Positions 22,229-30,578 of a stretch of DNA of 64,000 nt are shown here, piece by piece (positions within the stretch are counted from its first letter, which is position 1; each line of letters begins with the position of its first letter). The stretch is taken from NCBI GenBank assembly GCA_020741275.1, contig DYZK01000025.1:12747-76746 (forward strand). Direction: 5' to 3'. A program made the position numbers and the translations under genes. This DNA comes from Corynebacterium urealyticum (GTDB taxonomy: Bacteria > Actinomycetota > Actinomycetes > Mycobacteriales > Mycobacteriaceae). A model generated the notes under the pieces. It did not search any database and had not been told where the DNA came from. It saw nothing but the letters and a program-made list of their open reading frames with translations.

Positions 22229-22702
22229 TTAGTTACCCGGGCTCGGAGCGTTTCCCTGGTGCTGGGTACGCAGCAATGCAATCTCTGCCTCGAAGTCCTC
22301 AGAAGAGCTGAAGGACTTATACACGGATGCGAAGCGCAGATAGGCGACTTCATCGAGTCGGCGCAGCGGGGGCAGGATCGCCAAGCCAATATCGTGGGCG
22401 TTGACCTGGGATCCGTAATCCGCCCGGACGCTCTGCTCAACCTCGTGGGCGAGCAGCTTGAGGTCATCGTCTGACACATCGCGACCCTGGCAGGCTTGCC
22501 TCACACCCTTGATGACCTTCTCGCGGCTGAACTCCTCCGTCACCCCGTTGCGCTTCGTCACGAGAAGGACGGAGCGCTCCATGGTGGTGAACCGAGTAAG
22601 GCATTGCAGGCACTCCCGGCGGCGGCGGATAGCGATTCCGCCCTCGACGACTCGGGAGTCCACAACACGGGAATCTTCACAGCGACAACTTGGGCACAGC
22701 AC
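22229..22702 (-). CDS. nrdR: transcriptional repressor NrdR
   Basis: (V)[16 protein letters not shown]...RRRECLQC zinc ribbon plus an ATP-cone. The start is GTG. Confidence 0.95.
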   Translation of the reverse strand: MLCPSCRCEDSRVVDSRVVEGGIAIRRRRECLQCLTRFTTMERSVLLVTKRNGVTEEFSREKVIKGVRQACQGRDVSDDDLKLLAHEVEQSVRADYGSQVNAHDIGLAILPPLRRLDEVAYLRFASVYKSFSSSEDFEAEIALLRTQHQGNAPSPGN

Positions 22703-22895
22703 GCCACTAGTTTATGCCCAGCGCGCAGAAAAAGCGCCACGGCGTGATTCCGAAGCGCCCCTGTGCTCCCACCTACACCAATGAACGCTATATGAAGACA
22801 AATGCGACGTACCGCCATCCCCCTAACGAACACGCCGCTCGATTCGCACCGCCTCGGTCGGCGCTGACCCGATCTCCCCCTGATCCGATCGCCAC

Positions 22896-22949
22896 GGCGC
22901 AGCGTCCTCCAGCGGCGCAGCGTCCTCCAGCGGCGATGCGTCCTCCAGC
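22896..22949. repeat. 18-bp tandem repeat x3 (ggcgcagcgtcctccagc), third copy with 2 substitutions
   Basis: Read directly: copies lie at 22896-22913, 22914-22931 and 22932-22949. The repeat lies in the 281-bp divS-nrdR spacer. Confidence 0.9.
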
Positions 22950-22983
22950 AGCACGCTAGGGAATCCAGCCGAGCGGAGGGCTG

Positions 22984-23433
22984 CTAGTCCGCTGCCCGGG
23001 CTGACTCGATCTCGGACGCGGCCGTGGTGGCGGCAGGAGCCTGCGCTTCGTTATCTTGGCCCATCACCAACGGGGACAGTCCAAGGCTGAGTACCAGGAC
23101 GATCCCGCTCAACAGAACACCGCCACGAGAGGTAGCCACCCGGCCGGCGACGTCCGCTCCACGGCGAAGCGCCGAAAGCTGCGGCGTAGCGCGCCGGTCA
23201 GAGCGAGCACTTGCAACTGGGTGAGCAAAGCGGCGCTGCTGCACGAGGTTCGGAGTGAAGGCCCTCCCCTCCCCAGAGGTATTCGAACGTACATTCTTTC
23301 CGCCCAGTTGGGGCATGTGCCCGGACAGCGACTGAGAACCATCGAACAAGACCCGCTCAGTTGGACGAGGGATCCGCCGACCAGCACGCGATGCAGCTGC
23401 AGGGACGTGCGAAACGCTCTTAACGAGAGTCAT
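22984..23433 (-). CDS. SOS-associated cell-division suppressor candidate (DivS/ChiZ-position protein), single C-terminal TM helix
   Basis: ATG 23433 lies behind an aggaagga SD, and the ORF is open to 23466. The product has a basic disordered N-terminus, then the TM segment GGVLLSGIVLVLSLGLSPLV. It is divergent from lexA and upstream of nrdR, exactly as divS in C. glutamicum and chiZ in M. tuberculosis. The call rests on synteny, not sequence similarity. Confidence 0.5.
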   Translation of the reverse strand: MTLVKSVSHVPAAASRAGRRIPRPTERVLFDGSQSLSGHMPQLGGKNVRSNTSGEGRAFTPNLVQQRRFAHPVASARSDRRATPQLSALRRGADVAGRVATSRGGVLLSGIVLVLSLGLSPLVMGQDNEAQAPAATTAASEIESARAAD

Positions 23434-23561
23434 AATGATTTCCTTCCTCGTTCGAATTCCGACCATCCGCGCTGATCACCATGAATCATCACAGGTAACC
23501 AGCCGTTGGATTGGAGTGAACCATCCGCTGGGGACACAGCCCCGACGCCGCCTCACATCTA

Positions 23562-23577
23562 TCGAACGGGTGTTCTA
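23562..23577. promoter_or_regulatory. LexA (SOS) box TCGAACGGGTGTTCTA in the lexA/divS divergent region
   Basis: A perfect GAAC-N4-GTTC core matches the actinobacterial TCGAAC-N4-GTTCGA box in 14 of 16 positions. It lies 129 bp from the divS ATG and 194 bp from the lexA GTG. Confidence 0.75.
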
Positions 23578-23770
23578 GGTGTGTACACTGAAAAATATAG
23601 CACGCACGTTCGAAAGAAGTCGAGTGGTTTATCTCAAATATCGAACATGCAGGTGATACAGTGGGGTCGAACGCGGTCGAGACCACATCGAGCGCGGGAA
23701 CATATTTTTCGATCACACGCCGGGCAGCATGCGCAGCTGACAGCCACCCGGTCCGCAAGGAGAGTTCACC

Positions 23771-24520
23771 GTGACGACTTCCCCCGAGTCCCCCCGCCGG
23801 CGCCCAGGCCGCCCCAAAAAAAGCGCCGCAGATGCGAAGACAAAGGGCAACCTGAGCTCTCGCCAGCGCAGGATCCTGGAGGTCATCAAGGACTCCACGG
23901 TTCTCCGCGGCTATCCGCCAAGCATTCGCGAAATCGCAGATGCCGTTGGCCTTCAGTCCACGTCCTCGGTGTCTTATCAGCTCAAGCAACTTGAGGAGAA
24001 GGGTTTTCTGCGCCGGGAGGACAACAAGCCTCGCGCCTTCGACGTTCGGGGTTACGAGGACCACGCCAACCCTGGCCCCGCGACTCCTGTGTCACGAAAG
24101 CAGCCCAAGCCCACCCCGGCTCCTATCTCCGACGACCGGCCCGCGGCAACTTACGTGCCCGTCGTTGGCCAAATCGCCGCCGGCAATCCGATCCTGGCGG
24201 AGCAAAACATCGAAGCGCAGTTCCCGCTGCCTGCCGAGCTGGTCGGCACCTCCGAGGAACTATTCCTCCTCCAGGTGGTAGGCGAGTCCATGCGCGATGC
24301 AGGCATTTACGATTCCGACTGGGTCGTGGTCCGCTCGCAACCGACCGCAGATCAAGGGGACTTCGTTGCCGCCATGATCGACGGGGAGGCCACGGTCAAG
24401 GAACTGCACCATGATGAGGATGGCGTGTGGCTCCTTCCCCATAATGACCTCTTCGAACCAATAGCCGGCAACGAAGCGCAGATCCTCGGCAAGGTTTCCG
24501 CAGTTCTGCGCAAGATCTAA
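23771..24520 (+). CDS. lexA: LexA repressor
   Basis: [53 protein letters not shown] wHTH. The VAAG cleavage-site region is IAAGNPI. The S24 peptidase core is GESM...DGEATVK. The start is GTG. Confidence 0.95.
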   Translation: MTTSPESPRRRPGRPKKSAADAKTKGNLSSRQRRILEVIKDSTVLRGYPPSIREIADAVGLQSTSSVSYQLKQLEEKGFLRREDNKPRAFDVRGYEDHANPGPATPVSRKQPKPTPAPISDDRPAATYVPVVGQIAAGNPILAEQNIEAQFPLPAELVGTSEELFLLQVVGESMRDAGIYDSDWVVVRSQPTADQGDFVAAMIDGEATVKELHHDEDGVWLLPHNDLFEPIAGNEAQILGKVSAVLRKI

Positions 24521-24552
24521 CCCAAGTTTTTGGATTAAGTGGGTAACTAAGC

Positions 24553-25353
24553 GTGCTTTCAGCTCAGCGTCGTCGACAAATCACCTCGCTTGCCGCCGTG
24601 CAGGGCAAGGTCACCGTCACCGAACTCGCGGCCCAGTTTGGGGTCACGGCCGAAACCATCCGACGGGACTTGGCCCAGCTCACGGCTGAGGGCAAGCTCT
24701 ACCGGGTCCACGGCGGGGCCGTCCCGGCCCGCCAATTCCAGACCGATTATGTTCCCCTGGAGACTCGGAAGCACTCCGCCGCGCTCGCCAAACAGGCGAT
24801 CGGCAGAGCCGCAGTACAGTTCGTCCCCGTCGACGGCGGAACCGTCTTCCTGGACTCGGGAACCACAACCGCAATGATTGCGGAGGCAATCGTCGAACAC
24901 GCGGAGAGCATCGACAAGAACTACTCCCTGTCCGTCGTGACGAACTCGCCACACAATGCGCTGCTCCTTTCTACCGACCCCCGCATTAAGGTCCAGCTGC
25001 TGGGCGGCAAGATCCGTGCCCAATCGCAGGCGGTGGTAGGGGACGTTGCACTACAGACATTGGCGCTGCTGCACGCGGACGTGGCATTCATCGGCACCGA
25101 TGCATTTACCCTCACCCACGGGCTGTCTACTCACGACGCGGCCGAGGCAGCCATTAAGCGCGCGATGATTGCCTACTCTGACAAAGTGGTGACCCTCTGC
25201 GATTCGACGAAATTTGGGCTGGATTACATCGTGAGTTTTGCCGAGCCGGAGAAGATCGATGTGGTGATCACCGATAGCTCCGCCCCCGAGGGCTTCATCG
25301 CCCAGCTCAACGACACTGGCATTCACACGGTGGTGGTCGACCAGCAGGGGTAG
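24553..25353 (+). CDS. sugR: DeoR-family transcriptional regulator (SugR-like by sequence pattern and position after lexA)
   Basis: AERRRQI-type N-terminal HTH (QRRRQITSLAAVQGKVTVTELAAQFGVTAETIRRDL) and a DeoR C-terminal sensor domain. It is directly downstream of lexA, like C. glutamicum sugR. Confidence 0.6.
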   Translation: MLSAQRRRQITSLAAVQGKVTVTELAAQFGVTAETIRRDLAQLTAEGKLYRVHGGAVPARQFQTDYVPLETRKHSAALAKQAIGRAAVQFVPVDGGTVFLDSGTTTAMIAEAIVEHAESIDKNYSLSVVTNSPHNALLLSTDPRIKVQLLGGKIRAQSQAVVGDVALQTLALLHADVAFIGTDAFTLTHGLSTHDAAEAAIKRAMIAYSDKVVTLCDSTKFGLDYIVSFAEPEKIDVVITDSSAPEGFIAQLNDTGIHTVVVDQQG

Positions 25354-25482
25354 CAAGGTGGCTGCCGACCCCCACCGGGCCGGCATCCCCGCTTACCCCT
25401 CGCTGCGCTCATGCCCTGTTTCTCCCCGCGGGCGAGTATCCCCAGTGGTGGGTTCCCCCCACCCCCTTCACTGAAAGTAGCG

Positions 25483-26862
25483 CTAGGAGATGAAGCGCCC
25501 CTCACCAAAGTTGTCGTAGAGGTAGCGCAGCACCGGGTAACCCAGGATGATGCCCACCGAGCCCCAAGCAATACCCTCCATCGGGATGGAGCCCACGTTC
25601 AGCGTCAGGTTGCCGATACCGACGATCATCGCCACCGCTGCAGCGGTGAGGTTCACCGGGTCCGTCAACGAGACCTCGTTATCCATCCATATGCGCACGC
25701 CGAGCAGGCCGATCATGCCGTAGAGCACGAGCGTTGCCCCGCCCAACACACCCACCGGGATGGTGAGGATCGCGGCGCCAAACTTCGGGATGAAGGCCAG
25801 CACGATCGCCGTTGCGGCAGCCACCCAGTACGCGGCCGAGGAGTACACCTTCGTCGCCGCCATCACGCCGATGTTCTCCGCATAGGTCGTGGTACCAGAG
25901 CCACCACCGGATCCAGCTAGCACCGTCGACATGCCGTCAGCCATCAGCGCCTTGCCCGCAAGATCGTCGAGGTTACGGTTCGTCATCGTCGACACCGCCT
26001 TCACGTGACCAACGTTCTCAGCGATGAGGACGACCACCACCGGCAGCGTGATAGTCACGGCAGTCACCGTAAATTCCGGGGTTTCGAAGTGAGGGAAGCC
26101 GATCCACGCGGCCTCGCCCACATGCTGCCGCGCTTCTTCCGAGACACCGCCTGAAAGGAAGGCAAAACCCCAACCCGTCAGCACACCCAGGAGAATTCCG
26201 AGTCGAGCCACCATCCCGCGACCCATCACCGTGAACAGGAGAATCCCCAGGAGGGTCACCCCGGCGATCAGTGGTTGCTCCTGCACATTGCCCGTCGAGG
26301 TGGGCGCGAGATTCAACCCAATCAGGGCCACGATTGCACCCGTCACAGCGGGCGGCATCACAGCATCCAGCACTCGGCGACCAGCAAGCTGGACCACAAT
26401 ACCGACCACGAACAACAGCGCGCCGGTGGCCACAATTCCGCCGAGCTGTGCCGCGAAGCCTTCAGCCTGGGTCGCTGCCAGAGGGGCGAGGAAGGCGAAG
26501 GAGGAACCGAGGTAGGACGGCAGTCGGTTGCGGGTCACCAGTAGGAAGAGGATCGTTCCGAGCCCGGAGAACAGCAGCGTGGTGTTCACCGGGAAACCCG
26601 TGATCGTTGGCACCAGGAGGGTCGCACCGAACATCGCGATGACGTGCTGCATACCCACGCCAATTGTGCGCGGCCACGAGAGACGTTCCTCAGGCTTGAC
26701 GACACCGCCCGGTTCGATGTCACGGCCGTTGCCATGCAAGTCCCACCCAAAAAACGAGCCGCGGTGTTCCGTCTTTTCTCCCGGACCCTGCGTGCCTGGC
26801 TCCGGACTACCTACTGCGTTGTTCTGCGCACTGTGCGCCCCATTGTCCTTAGTCACGGCCAT
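25483..26862 (-). CDS. NCS2-family uracil/xanthine permease
   Basis: Polytopic membrane protein with NCS2 motifs (GMQHVIAMFGATLLVP, YLGSSFAF, ENIGV). The start is chosen at ATG 26862 and the ORF is open to 26913. Confidence 0.85.
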   Translation of the reverse strand: MAVTKDNGAHSAQNNAVGSPEPGTQGPGEKTEHRGSFFGWDLHGNGRDIEPGGVVKPEERLSWPRTIGVGMQHVIAMFGATLLVPTITGFPVNTTLLFSGLGTILFLLVTRNRLPSYLGSSFAFLAPLAATQAEGFAAQLGGIVATGALLFVVGIVVQLAGRRVLDAVMPPAVTGAIVALIGLNLAPTSTGNVQEQPLIAGVTLLGILLFTVMGRGMVARLGILLGVLTGWGFAFLSGGVSEEARQHVGEAAWIGFPHFETPEFTVTAVTITLPVVVVLIAENVGHVKAVSTMTNRNLDDLAGKALMADGMSTVLAGSGGGSGTTTYAENIGVMAATKVYSSAAYWVAAATAIVLAFIPKFGAAILTIPVGVLGGATLVLYGMIGLLGVRIWMDNEVSLTDPVNLTAAAVAMIVGIGNLTLNVGSIPMEGIAWGSVGIILGYPVLRYLYDNFGEGRFIS

Positions 26863-26925
26863 AACACTACTGCAGCTAAGGAGGGCTCTATGCCTCAGCT
26901 CCGCGCAACGCACGCGGCGGGTGGA

Positions 26926-28446
26926 TTAGCTGGTCACAGGGCCGTCGACGTCCAGATCGTCGTGCTCTCGGTCTTTCACGCGGAAGGCGTCCAGTTCCCG
27001 GGCGAGCTTCTTCGGGACGCGAGCGGTGAGAACGGTGCCGGTGGCGTCGTATTCCTCTTGGGTGACAGTGCCCAGGTCGTGGATGCGGGAGACGACGTCG
27101 CCTCGGTCAAACGGGATCGCGAACACCCCTGTCTCGTCGAGTGAGTTCAGGAAGAGCTCGAGCCTGGTCTCCAGCTCATCGATGCCCTCCCCGGTGTGTG
27201 CGGAGACGAAGACCACGTCGTTGAGCTTGTGGCGCAGCTCGGCGAGAACCAGAGGATCCGCCTTGTCGATCTTGTTAACCACCATGATCTCCGGTGGGGC
27301 GTCCTGACCACTCTCGGCGACGATCTCGCTGATCACCGTGTTCACTGAACGAATCTGCTCGAGTGGGAATGGGTCGGAGCCGTCGACGACGTGCAGAACG
27401 ACGTCCGCGGCCATGACCTCCTCCAGCGTGGAGCGGAAGGCTTCGACCAGCTGCGTCGGCAGGTGGCGGACGAAGCCCACCGTGTCGCTGAAAATCACGC
27501 TGCGCCCATCAGCGAGTTCCGCCTTACGGGTGGTGGGATCCAGGGTAGCGAATAGCGCGTCTTCTACCAGGACTCCTGCGCCCGTGAGGGCATTGATGAG
27601 CGAGGATTTTCCGGCGTTGGTGTACCCGGCGATAGCGGCCTGGGGCACCGCGGAGGCGTCGCGACGCTGGCGCTTAGTGTCACGGGAGGTCTTCATCGCC
27701 GCGATTTCCTTGCGGAGACGGGCCATGTCGGCGCGCAGACGACGACGGTCGGCCTCGATCTTCGTCTCACCCGGGCCGCGCAGACCCACACCACCATTGG
27801 ACCCAGCCCGACCACCGGTCTGTCGCGACAGCGACGTACCCCAGCCACGCACCCGGTTGATCAGGTACTCCATCTGGGCCAGGGATACCTGCGCCTTACC
27901 CTCGCGGGACTTCGCGTGCTGCGCGAAGATATCGAGAATGAGCATCGTGCGGTCGATGACCTTCGCGTTCAGCGCGTTCTCCAGGGCGATCATCTGTCCG
28001 GGGCTCAGCTCGCCATCGCAAATCACGGTATCCGCACCGGTGGATTGAATGATCTCCGCGAGTTCACTGACTTTGCCGCGGCCAATATAAGTGCCAGGGT
28101 CTGGCTTGTCGCGCTTCTGGTAGACCGTTTCGAGGACCTCGGAGCCGGCGGTCTCGGCGAGGGCGACCAGCTCCTCAAGGCTCGCTTCGATCTGCGCGAT
28201 TGTCCCCTCGGTCCACACCCCCACGAGGATGACCTTCTCCAGGCGCAGCTGGCGGTACTCGACCTCGGTGATCTCGGATTGATCATCCGTGTAGCTGCTG
28301 ACCCCTCTGGTCAGCCGCCGGAGGCTGGAACGCGCCTCCAGATCGAGCTCACCAATCGTCGGACTTTGTTGGGGTTCGAGGTCGAAATCCTCGCCTTCCG
28401 ACGGGTCTGAAAAAAGATCGACAACATTATCTGAATTTGAAGCCAT
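26926..28446 (-). CDS. hflX: GTPase HflX
   Basis: The HflX N-terminal domain is present, plus G-motifs GYTNAGKSSL, DTVGF and NKID. Size is 506 aa. Confidence 0.95.
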   Translation of the reverse strand: MASNSDNVVDLFSDPSEGEDFDLEPQQSPTIGELDLEARSSLRRLTRGVSSYTDDQSEITEVEYRQLRLEKVILVGVWTEGTIAQIEASLEELVALAETAGSEVLETVYQKRDKPDPGTYIGRGKVSELAEIIQSTGADTVICDGELSPGQMIALENALNAKVIDRTMLILDIFAQHAKSREGKAQVSLAQMEYLINRVRGWGTSLSRQTGGRAGSNGGVGLRGPGETKIEADRRRLRADMARLRKEIAAMKTSRDTKRQRRDASAVPQAAIAGYTNAGKSSLINALTGAGVLVEDALFATLDPTTRKAELADGRSVIFSDTVGFVRHLPTQLVEAFRSTLEEVMAADVVLHVVDGSDPFPLEQIRSVNTVISEIVAESGQDAPPEIMVVNKIDKADPLVLAELRHKLNDVVFVSAHTGEGIDELETRLELFLNSLDETGVFAIPFDRGDVVSRIHDLGTVTQEEYDATGTVLTARVPKKLARELDAFRVKDREHDDLDVDGPVTS

Positions 28447-28623
28447 TGCCTTCCAGTTCTACACTGTCACCTGCATAAAAGAAAGTAATTGGCGTGCGCA
28501 GCAGAGGCATGATCTCCGTGTGCATTCCCGCTCGCCCATGATCGTTTCACCGGCGGTTGTGCGGGACGTCGCACGCGCATCACATCCGCTTTCCACTCCC
28601 CGATTGTTAAGGCGTTGGTTCCC

Positions 28624-29448
28624 ATGGCTACTGCATCCCACAAGGAGATTCCCGAGCTCAGCAGCGTTGGACTGGCCTACCCCCAGTGGCAGGATGCTCT
28701 CGAGGCAGCTTATGCCTCCGGCCAGCTCTCGGTCATTGGCGAGGTACCGGGCGGCCAGGTCCTCCAGTACGCGGACACCTCCGGGGCGACGCTGACTATC
28801 CTCGCTGCCCCTCCCTACGGCTCCTTCGTGGGTCTTCACCCGGCAGATAAGATGTCCGCGACGGGGCACGTGACGATGGTTAACGACCTCATCGGGATCG
28901 TGGACATCGTCGCTGATAGTCCAATGCTGCAGGTCAGCGGGGCTAGTGCACCAGTGATCGCCTCGTTCACCGCGACGGTTGGGCAAGGCCCCATGATCGC
29001 TGAGCAGGAGCCGCTGGAATATCAGCCGCTCTCGATCTCCGCGTTGGCCACGGACGTCCGCATCTTCCCGGACGCTATCGCCTTCGCCGAATCCGGCGGC
29101 ACCGAGGTCGGCTCTGTGACCTCCCGGGGACTATCCGAGCTCAACAACGGATCTACCTCCCCGCACGCCCAGGCCACGGTCGCCGTCGAGGTGTCTGAGG
29201 CGGAGTTGAAGACGAATGAGCTTAACGGCCAACAGTTCTGGGCGTTGACCTGCCGCCACCCATTCGAGTTCTGCCTCGCCGTCGCCGCGGATCACCCTGA
29301 CCTTCCGACGGACGCCACTCGCCCACCGTTCGCTGCGCCTGGCGCTGTCATCAGCGGGGACGTCCAGTTCGCCATCAGCATTAATGACCCCGGCGCCTGC
29401 AGCCCCGGCGGCTGCGGCAGCGGGGGCTGTGGCTGCGGAGGCCACTAG
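28624..29448 (+). CDS. hypothetical protein, no recognisable domain; C-terminal Cys/Gly-rich tail ...[18 protein letters not shown]
   Basis: The ORF runs 28615-29448 with ATG 28624 behind aagg. Codon bias resembles the neighbours. It is convergent with miaA (overlapping stops, CTAG) and divergent from hflX. Confidence 0.6.
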   Translation: MATASHKEIPELSSVGLAYPQWQDALEAAYASGQLSVIGEVPGGQVLQYADTSGATLTILAAPPYGSFVGLHPADKMSATGHVTMVNDLIGIVDIVADSPMLQVSGASAPVIASFTATVGQGPMIAEQEPLEYQPLSISALATDVRIFPDAIAFAESGGTEVGSVTSRGLSELNNGSTSPHAQATVAVEVSEAELKTNELNGQQFWALTCRHPFEFCLAVAADHPDLPTDATRPPFAAPGAVISGDVQFAISINDPGACSPGGCGSGGCGCGGH

Positions 29449-30452
29449 CCCTGGGTGGTTTCCCGCAGCCCGTCGATGACCTGCCCCGCGAGCAGGCCAG
29501 GGTCGGCGACGGTGGCGTCTAACCAGTGAATACGCGGGTCACGGCGGAACCAGCTTCGCTGCCGGCGGGCATAGCGACGGGTTCCTACTACCGTGTCCTC
29601 CCGGGCCTGCTCCATGCTGCACTCACCCGCCAGCGCGCTTAAAACCTGGGCATAGCCAATCGCTTTTCCGGCGGTGGATTCCCGGCTCAGCCCAGCTGCG
29701 GCCAGCCCCTCGACCTCCGCGACGAGTCCAGCGGCAAACATCCGATCGACGCGGGCCTCCAATCGGGGATTGAGCCAGTTTCCCGGGGCTTTGAGCCCGA
29801 AGATCCTCGTCCCCCACCGGGTGGGGACGTTCTTCGGAGGTTGCGAGGCCGCGAAGGGCTTGCCCGTAAGCTCGATGACCTCCAAGGCGCGGACAATGCG
29901 CCGAGGGTCCTTTTCCTCAATGATGTCTGCCGCATCAGGATCCTTGGAACGCAACACCTCATGGAGCGCTTCCACCCCGATGCGATCCTGTTCGGCCATC
30001 CACTTCGCCCGCACCGCCGAGTCGGTCGGCGGGAACTGCCAGTCATCGACCAGCGCCTGCAGGTACATCATCGACCCGCCGACGATGATCGGACGGGCTC
30101 CGCGGGCCTGGATCTGTTCCACCGTCTCCCCCGCCATCTCGCGGTAGGCAGCCACGCTGGCTGTGTCGTCGACGTCCAAACAATCGAAGAGGTGGTGCGG
30201 GAACTCGGCGCGTTCGGCGCGGGATATCTTCGCGGTGCCGATATCCATGCCGCGGTACATCTGCATCGAATCGCCGTTAATAATCTCCACCGGCTGATCC
30301 AGTCTGCGCGCGACTTCGAGGGAAAGATCGGATTTGCCGGCGCCCGTGGGCCCCACGATCAATAGTGGACGAAGGCGGTCCACATGGGTTATCCCGGCGG
30401 GTGCGGTCGACGGAGAATCTGAGTGAGAATAATCCATGGCTATCACCGCCAA
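29445..30452 (-). CDS. miaA: tRNA dimethylallyltransferase
   Basis: [18 protein letters not shown]-loop, followed by [11 protein letters not shown]. The length and the position near miaB support the call. The exact start is uncertain. Confidence 0.93.
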   Translation of the reverse strand: MAVIAMDYSHSDSPSTAPAGITHVDRLRPLLIVGPTGAGKSDLSLEVARRLDQPVEIINGDSMQMYRGMDIGTAKISRAERAEFPHHLFDCLDVDDTASVAAYREMAGETVEQIQARGARPIIVGGSMMYLQALVDDWQFPPTDSAVRAKWMAEQDRIGVEALHEVLRSKDPDAADIIEEKDPRRIVRALEVIELTGKPFAASQPPKNVPTRWGTRIFGLKAPGNWLNPRLEARVDRMFAAGLVAEVEGLAAAGLSRESTAGKAIGYAQVLSALAGECSMEQAREDTVVGTRRYARRQRSWFRRDPRIHWLDATVADPGLLAGQVIDGLRETTQG

Positions 30453-30578
30453 ATCTTAGTCTCCGGGCGCCATAAAGCTTCAGTTGGCCGCGGTCTTGGC
30501 CGGGGCATCTGCCATAATGAGACCGCAACGAGCAATTACGCTCGCGGAGCCGGTGACTGACGTGCAAAGGAAGAAAGC

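Noticed and set aside
22714-22959. An 81-aa plus-strand ORF ending in QRPPAAQRPPAAMRPPAA, produced by the 18-bp tandem repeat.
   Set aside because: It has no SD and atypical composition. It lies between two minus-strand genes, and the repeat explains the periodic peptide. It is treated as non-coding. The three repeats have no spacers, so it is not a CRISPR array either.
23445-23470. cctcGTTCGAATTCCgacc resembles a tRNA T-arm (GGTTCGAATCC).
   Set aside because: The flanking bases cannot form a T-stem (cctcg versus tccga). No acceptor, D or anticodon arms are present. The site lies in the divS 5-prime region.
23570-23592. ttcTAGGTGTGTACACTGAAA looked like a possible DtxR iron box (consensus TTAGGTTAGCCTAACCTAA), given dtxR in the window.
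   Set aside because: Only about 9 of 19 positions match. The palindrome is just GTGTACAC. It overlaps the LexA box region and is more likely promoter sequence.
23489-24064. A 191-aa minus-strand ORF and a 162-aa plus-strand ORF (23506-23994) spanning the lexA promoter and 5-prime end.
   Set aside because: They cross the AT-rich regulatory region containing the SOS box and overlap the well-supported lexA frame. No motifs were seen.
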